Of a stretch of 64,000 nt of DNA, positions 45,001 through 53,983 are shown piece after piece. Position 1 is the stretch's first letter; each line of letters begins with the position of its first letter. Where the stretch lies: the NCBI GenBank assembly GCA_964057225.1, contig OZ059898.1:372001-436000 (forward strand), read 5' to 3'. Source of the stretch: Auanema rhodensis (lineage: Eukaryota; Animalia; Nematoda). Both the position numbers and the translations under genes were made by a program. The notes below the pieces were generated by a model. That model made no database searches. It saw only the letters and a program-made list of their open reading frames with translations, and was not told the origin of the DNA.

Positions 45001-48000
45001 TCAATAAAAATTTGTTTTTAGACTAATATGGACATGGGGAATCTAATTTTGAAAACCGCATCTCTTTATCTTTCACGTGAAGCGAGTTACATACCAAGTG
45101 CACATCACGTGTACATTTAATTAGCATAAATTAAAGTTCACGTAAATTTCAAAGTCATGGTTACCATGAACCAATATCAATAAAAATTTGTTTTTAGACT
45201 AATATGGACATGGGGAATCTAATTTTGAAAACCGCATCTCTTTATCTTTCACGTGAAGCGAGTTACATACCAAGTGCACATCACGTGTACATTTAATTAG
45301 CATAAATTAAAGTTCACGTAAATTTCAAAGTCATGGTTACCATGCACCAATATCAATAAAAATTTGTTTTTAGACTAATATGGACATGGGGAATCTAATT
45401 TTGAAAACCGCATCTCTTTATCTTTCACGTGAAGCGAGTTACATACCTAGTGCACATCACGTGTTCATTTAATTAGCATAAATTAAAGTTCACGTAAATT
45501 TCAAAGTCATGGTTACCATGCACCAATATCAATAAAAATTTGTTTTTAGACTAATATGGACATGGGGAATCTAATTTTGAAAACCGCATCTCTTTATCTT
45601 TCACGTGAAGCGAGTTACATACCAAGTGCACATCACGTGTACATTTAATTAGCATAAATTAAAGTTCACGTAAATTTCAAAGTCATGGTTACCATGAACC
45701 AATATCAATAAAAATTTGTTTTTAGACTAATATGGACATGGGGAATTTAATTTTGAAAACCGCATCTCTTTATCTTTCACGTGAAGCGAGTTACATACCA
45801 AGTGCACATCACGTGTACATTTAATTAGCATAAATTAAAGTTCACGTAAATTTCAAAGTCATGGTTACCATGAACCAATATCAATAAAAATTTGTTTTTA
45901 GACTAATATGGACATGGGGAATCTAATTTTGAAAACCGCATCTCTTTATCTTTCACGTGAAGCGAGTTACATACCAAGTGCACATCACGTGTACATTTAA
46001 TTAGCATAAATTAAAGTTCACGTAAATTTCAAAGTCATGGTTACCATGCACCAATATCAATAAAAATTTGTTTTTAGACTAATATGGACATGGGGAATCT
46101 AATTTTGAAAACTGCATCTCTTTATCTTTCACGTGAAGCGAGTTACATACCAAGTGCACATCACGTGTACATTTAATTAGCATAAATTAAAGTTCACGTA
46201 AATTTCAAAGTCATGGTTACCATGAAGCAATATCAATAAAAATTTGTTTTTAGACTAATATGGACATGGGGAATCTAATTTTGAAAACCGCATCTCTTTA
46301 TCTTTCACGTGAAGCGAGTTACATACCAAGTGCACATCACGTGTACATTTAATTAGCATAAATTAAAGTTCACGTAAATTTCAAAGTCATGGTTACCATG
46401 AAGCAATATCAATAAAAATTTGTTTTTAGACTAATATGGACATGGGGAATCTAATTTTGAAAACCGCATCTCTTTATCTTTCACGTGAAGCGAGTTACAT
46501 ACCAAGTGCACATCACGTGTACATTTAATTAGCATAAATTAAAGTTCACGTAAATTTCAAAGTCATGGTTACCATGAACCAATATCAATAAAAATTTGTT
46601 TTTGACTAATATGGACATGGGGAATCTAATTTTGGAAACCGCATCTCTTTATCTTTCACGTGAAGCGAGTTACATACCAAGTGCACATCACGTGTACATT
46701 TAATTAGCATAAATTAAAGTTCACGTAAATTTCAAAGTCATGGTTACCATGAACCAATATCAATAAAAATTTGTTTTTAGACTAATATGGACATGGGGAA
46801 TCTAATTTTGAAAACCGCATCTCTTTATCTTTCACGTGAAGCGAGTTACATACCAAGTGCACATCACGTGTACATTTAATTAGCATAAATTAAAGTTCAC
46901 GTAAATTTCAAAGTCATGGTTACCATGAACCAATATCAATAAAAATTTGTTTTTAGACTAATATGGACATGGGGAATCTAATTTTGAAAACCGCATCTCT
47001 TTATCTTTCACGTGAAGCGAGTTACATACCAAGTGCACATCACGTGTACATTTAATTAGCATAAATTAAAGTTCACGTAAATTTCAAAGTCATGGTTACC
47101 ATGCACCAATATCAATAAAAATTTGTTTTTAGACTAATATGGACATGGGGAATCTAATTTTGAAAACCGCATCTCTTCATCTTTCACGTGAAGCGAGTTA
47201 CATACCAAGTGCACATCACGTGTACATTTAATTAGCATAAATTAAAGTTCACGTAAATTTCAAAGTCATGGTTACCATGCACCAATATCAATAAAAATTT
47301 GTTTTTAGACTAATATGGACATGGGGAATCTAATTTTGAAAACCGCATCTCTTTATCTTTCACGTGAAGCGAGTTACATACCTAGTGCACATCACGTGTT
47401 CATTTAATTAGCATAAATTAAAGTTCACGTAAATTTCAAAGTCATGGTTACCATGCACCAATATCAATAAAAATTTGTTTTTAGACTAATATGGACATGG
47501 GGAATCTAATTTTGAAAACCGCATCTCTTTATCTTTCACGTGAAGCGAGTTACATACCAAGTGCACATCACGTGTACATTTAATTAGCATAAATTAAAGT
47601 TCACGTAAATTTCAAAGTCATGGTTACCATGCACCAATATTAATAAAAATTTGTTTTTAGACTAATATGGACATGGGGAATCTAATTTTGAAAACCGCAT
47701 CTCTTTATCTTTCACGTGAAGCGAGTTACATACCTAGTGCACATCACGTGTTCATTTAATTAGCATAAATTAAAGTTCACGTAAATTTCAAAGTCATGGT
47801 TACCATGCACCAATATCAATAAAAATTTGTTTTTAGACTAATATGGACATGGGGAATCTAATTTTGAAAACCGTATCTCTTTATCTTTCACGTGAAGCGA
47901 GTTACATACCTAGTGCACATCACGTGTTCATTTAATTAGCATAAATTAAAGTTCACGTAAATTTCAAAGTCATGGTTACCATGCACCAATATCAATAAAA

Positions 48001-49857
48001 ATTTGTTTTTAGACTAATATGGACATGGGGAATCTAATTTTGAAAACCGCATCTCTTTATCTTTCACGTGAAGCGAGTTACATACCAAGTGCACATCACG
48101 TGTACATTTAATTAGCATAAATTAAAGTTCACGTAAATTTCAAAGTCATGGTTACCATGAACCAATATCAATAAAAATTTGTTTTTAGACTAATATGGAC
48201 ATGGGGAATCTAATTTTGAAAACCGCATCTCTTTATCTTTCACGTGAAGCGAGTTACATACCAAGTGCACATCACGTGTACATTTAATTAGCATAAATTA
48301 AAGTTCACGTAAATTTCAAAGTCATGGTTACCATGCACCAATATCAATAAAAATTTGTTTTTAGACTAATATGGACATGGGGAATCTAATTTTGAAAACC
48401 GCATCTCTTTATCTTTCACGTGAAGCGAGTTACATACCAAGTGCACATCACGTGTACATTTAATTAGCATAAATTAAAGTTCACGTAAATTTCAAAGTCA
48501 TGGTTACCATGAAGCAATATCAATAAAAATTTGTTTTTAGACTAATATGGACATGGGGAATCTAATTTTGAAAACCGCATCTCTTTATCTTTCACGTGAA
48601 GCGAGTTACATACCAAGTGCACATCACGTGTACATTTAATTAGCATAAATTAAAGTTCACGTAAATTTCAAAGTCATGGTTACCATGAAGCAATATCAAT
48701 AAAAATTTGTTTTTAGACTAATATGGACATGGGGAATCTAATTTTGAAAACCGCATCTCTTTATCTTTCACGTGAAGCGAGTTACATACCAAGTGCACAT
48801 CACGTGTACATTTAATTAGCATAAATTAAAGTTCACGTAAATTTCAAAGTCATGGTTACCATGAACCAATATCAAAAAAAATTTGTTTTTAGACCAATAT
48901 GGACATGGGGAATCTAATTTTGAAAACCGCATCTCTTTATCTTTCACGTGAAGCGAGTTACATACCAAGTGCACATCACGTGTACATTTAATTAGCATAA
49001 ATTAAAGTTCACGTAAATTTCAAAGTCATGGTTACCATGCACCAATATCAATAAAAATTTGTTTTTAGACTAATATGGACATGGGGAATCTAATTTTGAA
49101 AACCGCATCTCTTTATCTTTCACGTGAAGCGAGTTACATACCAAGTGCACATCACGTGTACATTTAATTAGCATAAATTAAAGTTCACGTAAATTTCAAA
49201 GTCATGGTTACCATGAACCAATATCAATAAAAATTTGTTTTTAGACTAATATGGACATGGGGAATCTAATTTTGAAAACCGCATCTCTTTATCTTTCACG
49301 TGAAGCGAGTTACATACCAAGTGCACATCACGTGTACATTTAATTAGCATAAATTAAAGTTCACGTAAATTTCAAAGTCATGGTTACCATGAACCAATAT
49401 CAATAAAAATTTGTTTTTAGACTAATATGGAGATGGGGAATCTAATTTTGAAAACCGCATCTCTTTATCTTTCACGTGAAGCGAGTTACATACCAAGTGC
49501 ACATCACGTGTACATTTAATTAGCATAAATTAAAGTTCACGTAAAATTCAAAGTCATGGTTACCATGCACCAATATCAATAAAAATTTGTTTTTAGACTA
49601 ATATGGACATGGGGAATCTAATTTTGAAAACCGCATCTCTTTATCTTTCACGTGAAGCGAGTTACATACCAAGTGCACATCACGTGTACATTTAATTAGC
49701 ATAAATTAAAGTTCACGTAAATTTCAAAGTCATGGTTACCATGCACCAATATCAATAAAAATTTGTTTTTGACTAATATGGACATGGGGAATCTAATTTT
49801 GGAAACCGCATCTCTTTATCTTTCACGTGCAGCGAGTTACATACCAAGAGCACATCA
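1..49857. repeat. 176-bp tandem satellite array, left arm (~283 monomers, continues beyond window start)
   Basis: The unit GCATCTCTTTATCTTTCACGTGAAGCGAGTTACATACCAAGTGCACATCACGTGTACATTTAATTAGCATAAATTAAAGTTCACGTAAATTTCAAAGTCATGGTTACCATG(A/C)ACCAATATCAATAAAAATTTGTTTTTAGACTAATATGGACATGGGGAATCTAATTTTGAAAACC recurs at 1, 177, 353 and so on. All copies are in the same orientation, usually with only a few substitutions per copy and very rare 1-2 bp indels. Confidence 0.99.
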
Positions 49858-49860
49858 TTC
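49855..49860 (+). promoter_or_regulatory. Initiator-like TCATTC at the element 5' junction (possible transcription start of an internal Pol II promoter)
   Basis: TCATTC matches the invertebrate Inr consensus TCAKTY and straddles the satellite/LINE junction. LINEs with internal promoters commonly begin at an Inr. The motif is short and no clear DPE was found. Confidence 0.35.
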
Positions 49861-49943
49861 CGCGATTGTCGACTCCTGCTCGTGTCTCTCTGTATCCCAT
49901 AATGCCGGACTGGTTTTGCAAGGTACGCTCTCTTTTTTTTTTC

Positions 49944-50022
49944 CTTCTTCTCTTTTTTTTATCTTTCTTCAACTTTCTTCTTCTCTTTTTTTTATCTTTC
50001 TTCAACTTTCTTCTTCTCTTTT
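49944..50022 (+). repeat. 33-bp pyrimidine-rich tandem repeat (~2.4 copies) in the LINE 5' UTR
   Basis: CTTCTTCTCTTTTTTTTATCTTTCTTCAACTTT occurs at 49944-49976 and 49977-50009, with a partial copy at 50010-50022. It appears as an 11-aa periodicity in the overlapping spurious ORFs. Confidence 0.9.
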
Positions 50023-50041
50023 CTTTTCTTCCTGTTATTTC

Positions 50042-50066
50042 ATATATATATATATATTTTTTTTTT
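50042..50066 (+). repeat. (AT)8 microsatellite followed by a T-run in the LINE 5' UTR
   Basis: ATATATATATATATAT followed by TTTTTTTTT, read directly. Confidence 0.9.
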
Positions 50067-50091
50067 ATTTTCTCTGCTCTTTCACTTAACT

Positions 50092-51159
50092 ATGTCTCCC
50101 GTAACTAACGAGTTTCTTACTACTGCTCTCGAATCACTTTCTGACTCCCTACATAATTCTTTTGCTGAATTATCAGTACAAATAAAAAATGAGCTCAGTA
50201 GTATTAAAACCGCAGTTGCAAAGCATGACTCCCGTATAACTTTTATAGAAACCGATTTCAAATCTCGTTTCGAAAAGTTAGAGAAAAAGTTAGCTCAACT
50301 TTCTCTCACCAGTACTAACACACTCTCAAATTCACCCTCTTTGCTCTCTTCCTCCAATGTTGCATGTCAAATTCAAAAAATTAGATCAGAAGAGACAAAG
50401 TATGATTATCGATGTAAGAGAGCACTCTGGTTCCGTGTACCGGTCTCTTCCTCGGATTTACCTTCTGACCCTACTTCTTTACTTAAACTGGTCATTGAAA
50501 AATCCAACGACGCTACTTTGTCTAGTCTGATCAATACTAATCAAATAACTATTGCACGCTGTATCCTCAAATCTAAATCTCCCGGTCCACTCATCATCAC
50601 GTGTCCATCGGTTGAATTGCGTGATAAAATTATGACATCTATCAAAACGAATAAAACTAAATGTTTTGAATCTTTATCCAAAACTTTCATACGTCGCGAC
50701 TATCTTCCTTTTGAAATTCAACTGGAAAAGAACCTTCGTGAGGAAGCTAAAGAAAAAAATAAAAACAACACTAAGTCCGTCTTTTTGGTACGAGATCTCC
50801 GACTCATTGAAGTTTTCCGTAATTCGACCGATTCTCCAAATTCCCAAATAGCTCCTGTCCCTGCTTGTAACCAAACTCCCAAATCACCATGCCTTCACAC
50901 TGCTCCTTTATTAACACCACACTCTCAAACACTCACGTCTCCAATTCTTTTATCTAGCCCCCCTTGTAAATCTGGTAGATTAAGCCGATCGAAGGATAGA
51001 CAGAATCGCACGTCGAAAGATAAACGTTCTTCTGTTAGCCCAAGACGACGCAAAAATCCACCACGATCTGCAAAGTTAACCTCAGATCAAATAACCAGGT
51101 CTGTTAGCATGAACCCTGCATCTCAACGTGTCGCGTCTGACAAAATGTCCTTTCGTTAA
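50092..51159 (+). CDS. LINE ORF1 protein (355 aa): N-terminal coiled coil, probable RRM/CTD-like core, Ser/Pro-rich then Arg/Lys/Ser-rich tail
   Basis: Uninterrupted ATG..TAA ORF upstream of ORF2. Heptad-like N-terminus (LSVQIKNELSSIK...FEKLEKKLAQL). The segment PLIITC...RDKIM...FIRRDY...EKNLREEAKEKN...FLVRDLRL resembles invertebrate CR1/L2 ORF1 C-terminal regions (recognised by eye, not searched). No CCHC knuckle or PHD finger seen. Confidence 0.85.
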   Translation: MSPVTNEFLTTALESLSDSLHNSFAELSVQIKNELSSIKTAVAKHDSRITFIETDFKSRFEKLEKKLAQLSLTSTNTLSNSPSLLSSSNVACQIQKIRSEETKYDYRCKRALWFRVPVSSSDLPSDPTSLLKLVIEKSNDATLSSLINTNQITIARCILKSKSPGPLIITCPSVELRDKIMTSIKTNKTKCFESLSKTFIRRDYLPFEIQLEKNLREEAKEKNKNNTKSVFLVRDLRLIEVFRNSTDSPNSQIAPVPACNQTPKSPCLHTAPLLTPHSQTLTSPILLSSPPCKSGRLSRSKDRQNRTSKDKRSSVSPRRRKNPPRSAKLTSDQITRSVSMNPASQRVASDKMSFR

Positions 51160-53983
51160 CATTGTCTCGTCCTCAACCCCTCTTGTCTCTGCTAACCCTA
51201 CCAGCTTCTCAGTTCAGTGTTTTAATGCACGATCCATCCTAAACAAACTTCATTCACTATCTCATGTTATTTCCCTATCCTCTCCTGATATAATTGCTAT
51301 ATCAGAATCTTGGCTTTTTCCAGAGTTCGATTCCTACCTACTCCCGTGCAAAGATACTTACTCTATTTTTAGAGCCGATAGGTGTCTTTCACGTGGTGGT
51401 GGCGTTGTCCTCTATGTGAAAAGTCATGTCAAAGTCTGTCTCCTTTCCTGCTCTTCCCCTCAATCTTCCATACAATTTATTAACTTACTCATTCCTTCAC
51501 TCAATGCTGTTTTTTCATTGTGTTATCGTCCTCCAACAGCGTCTCATTCAGATTTCATTCTTTTTCTTTCTGATCTTCGTAAACAAATTTCTAGACGATC
51601 GTTCTTTCTAACAGGCGATCTTAATTTCCCTAAAATTAATTGGGATCTCGGTATTTGCTCACAACCTTGCTCCTCTAGTAAATCTATTCTTCAATTTCTC
51701 AATGACTGCTGTTCTTATCAGTTAGTAAAGTTCCCTACCAGAGGCAAGAACATTCTCGATTATGTTATCACGGATAACATATCTAGTGTAGTCAACATAG
51801 CTCGTTCTTCTCCCCTCGGTTCCTCGGATCATCATTCTGTTGTCTTCCATATTGTTTCAGACACTTCTCAGCTAGCTACTGCAATCAACTCTTCCGATAT
51901 TTCTTCCCCAGCAACACTTCCTATGTTTTCTAATCGTAATTTTCAAGCTGCCGATTACAACCTCATCAACCATAGACTAGCCAACATTGATTTTGCTAGT
52001 CATCTTTCCGGTCTCACTCCTTTAGACTCTTATTCCAAATTTATTCACATTCTTCACTCGGTCATTGATTGCTGCGTACCCAGGAAACAAGAAAGAAGAA
52101 AAAAGAAGATTGACCGAGATATTTTAAAACTCTCTTCTCACATAAACAAACTTAGTTCCTCTTATCATCATCATGATGAATCCCGCCGTAAAAAACTATC
52201 TCTTTCCCTTGATAAACTCATCAAGAATATATTGGCTTCTGAAGAGGAACGTATTGCTAACTATAACAATTCAAAACTTTTTTACCGTTTCTGCAGAACT
52301 CGTCTGGGCGGCAACACTTCAGATATCCCTGATCTCAAAATAGATAATAATTCTGTCTCGTCTGATTCTGACAAAGCTTCTATCTTTGCCAGTACCTTCT
52401 CTGTCCACCCTCTTTCTATCTCTTCAGCACATGCTCCTGTTTCCCCTTCTTCTGGTATCATCGATTTTATTGATGTTTCCCCTCTCAACGTCTACAAAAT
52501 TCTCTGTCAGTTACCTCTCCGGGTATCAACCTCTCCGGACGGAATTCCTTATTTTTTCCTAAAAAACTGTGCTTCTACTATTTCTCAGCCTCTAGCCTTT
52601 GTCTTTCACAATCTTCTTATTTCTTCCTCTTGCCCTGCTGACTGGAAAACAGCATGGATTCGTCCTGTTCTCAAATCAGGGCTTTCTTCAAACCCGGTTA
52701 ATTATCGCCCTATTTCTCTCACATCCAGTCTGTCTAAAGTTTTTGAACGTCTTCTCCGTTCACCTCTTCTTGATTTTGGTATTTCCTCCGGCTGTATTTC
52801 ACCTAATCAGTTTGCTTTTCTTCCAAAACGCAATACTGTATCGGCAATTCTTAGTAGTCATGTACTCTGGAGATCTTCAGTGGACAAGAAAAGACCTGTT
52901 TATGTTGCCTTCATTGACTTCTCCAAGGCTTTCGATCTTATAAATCATTCTGTTCTTTTAACTAAACTAAAATCAATTGGTATCGACGGCTGTATTCACT
53001 CCTTTCTCAAAAATTTCATTACTGATAGATCCTTCTCGGTATTGGTTAATTATTCTCTATCCGCCACAAATCGTTTGCCCTGTGGAGTTCCACAAGGGAC
53101 AGTTCTGGGTCCACTTCTTTTTCTATTTTACATAAATGACATCACATCAAACTTACCCGATGACGTGCATCCAACTCTCTATGCGGATGATCTTAAACTA
53201 AGCAGCACTAATCCTGTAAGTTTACAATTGGCCTTGGATAACCTGAAAAACTGGTGTCTATTAAACGGTATGAAGGTAAATACTACTAAATCTAAAGTTA
53301 TGATTATATCTAGTACTACTACATCAAGATTAAACACAATTTTCAAATTTGGCGACATCTCGTTAGCCACAGTAACAACGTACAAAGATCTTGGTGTATG
53401 TACTGACTATAATCTTTCTTTCAATAGCCATATAAATAGAATCTCTAACATCGCTGCTCACAAATGTCGTGTTATCTTGCGTTGTTTTTACTCAAGATCA
53501 CCTACCTTGATGTTTAAACTGTTTTGCTGCTATATCAGGCCTATTTTAGAATATGCCTCAGTTGTATGGTCCCCTCAAAATAACAAAGATAAAGCACGCA
53601 TTGAGTCCGTACAAAAAAAGTTCTTGAACGCTATTTTTAAGAGAGCCGAAATAGCTTTGGATTACAAAAACCAGCTATTGTTTCTTGGAGCTAAGGAACT
53701 ATCTTTTAGAAGACTGTTAATTGATCTCGTCTTCTATCACAATCAGATAACTAAAAACATTCCAGAAAACAGCCTTAATTTTTTTACTATCAAGCACTAC
53801 GCACATTCACTTCGTAGGCATCTATGGAATGTTGAATATCCTGATCTTTGGAGAAGCGAAACAAGAACTGGAATTGAATACAGAGCTATTCAAATCTGGA
53901 ACGCTCTTCCTGAAAACATCATTCAACTGAGAAACACCTCCAGCTTCAGAAAACACCTATCTGTTATTTTAAATGATTTTTAA
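51128..53983 (+). CDS. LINE ORF2: apurinic-like endonuclease + reverse transcriptase (frame open from 51113; no AUG before 51923, true start uncertain)
   Basis: APE motifs CFNARS, AISESWL, RADR..GGGV, CYRPP, TGDLNFP, PTRGKNILDY and SDHH (~51218-51840). RT motifs SPDGIP, NYRPISLTS..SKVFE, QFAF, DFSKAFD, GVPQG, YADD (53180-53191) and KDLGV. No internal stops or frameshifts. The track start at 51128 is a GTG. Confidence 0.96.
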   Translation: MSRLTKCPFVNIVSSSTPLVSANPTSFSVQCFNARSILNKLHSLSHVISLSSPDIIAISESWLFPEFDSYLLPCKDTYSIFRADRCLSRGGGVVLYVKSHVKVCLLSCSSPQSSIQFINLLIPSLNAVFSLCYRPPTASHSDFILFLSDLRKQISRRSFFLTGDLNFPKINWDLGICSQPCSSSKSILQFLNDCCSYQLVKFPTRGKNILDYVITDNISSVVNIARSSPLGSSDHHSVVFHIVSDTSQLATAINSSDISSPATLPMFSNRNFQAADYNLINHRLANIDFASHLSGLTPLDSYSKFIHILHSVIDCCVPRKQERRKKKIDRDILKLSSHINKLSSSYHHHDESRRKKLSLSLDKLIKNILASEEERIANYNNSKLFYRFCRTRLGGNTSDIPDLKIDNNSVSSDSDKASIFASTFSVHPLSISSAHAPVSPSSGIIDFIDVSPLNVYKILCQLPLRVSTSPDGIPYFFLKNCASTISQPLAFVFHNLLISSSCPADWKTAWIRPVLKSGLSSNPVNYRPISLTSSLSKVFERLLRSPLLDFGISSGCISPNQFAFLPKRNTVSAILSSHVLWRSSVDKKRPVYVAFIDFSKAFDLINHSVLLTKLKSIGIDGCIHSFLKNFITDRSFSVLVNYSLSATNRLPCGVPQGTVLGPLLFLFYINDITSNLPDDVHPTLYADDLKLSSTNPVSLQLALDNLKNWCLLNGMKVNTTKSKVMIISSTTTSRLNTIFKFGDISLATVTTYKDLGVCTDYNLSFNSHINRISNIAAHKCRVILRCFYSRSPTLMFKLFCCYIRPILEYASVVWSPQNNKDKARIESVQKKFLNAIFKRAEIALDYKNQLLFLGAKELSFRRLLIDLVFYHNQITKNIPENSLNFFTIKHYAHSLRRHLWNVEYPDLWRSETRTGIEYRAIQIWNALPENIIQLRNTSSFRKHLSVILNDF
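51148..51159 (+). promoter_or_regulatory. Candidate programmed +1 ribosomal frameshift site UCC_UUU_CGU_UAA at the end of ORF1
   Basis: The last ORF1 codons are TCC TTT CGT TAA. A +1 slip (UUU to UUC) puts GTT AAC ATT (V-N-I) in the ORF2 frame. The heptamer-plus context is the same as the influenza PA-X shift site UCC_UUU_CGU. Confidence 0.6.

Noticed and set aside
49763-50108. ORFs 49763-50089, 49827-50108 (+) and 49823-50005 (-, K/R-rich)
   Set aside because: They are low-complexity translations of the pyrimidine tract and 33-bp repeat, and they run across the satellite/LINE junction. Only the ATG at 49902 is kept as a possible uORF or mini-exon.
51128-51130. GTG as the true ORF2 start, as given by the ORF track
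   Set aside because: This is a bacterial-style start call. Near-cognate initiation cannot be excluded, but nothing supports it, and the frameshift motif explains the overlap better.
50666-53385. Short alternative-frame or antisense ORFs inside ORF1/ORF2
   Set aside because: They are 61-114 aa, mostly with non-ATG starts and no recognisable motifs, as expected by chance inside real CDSs.
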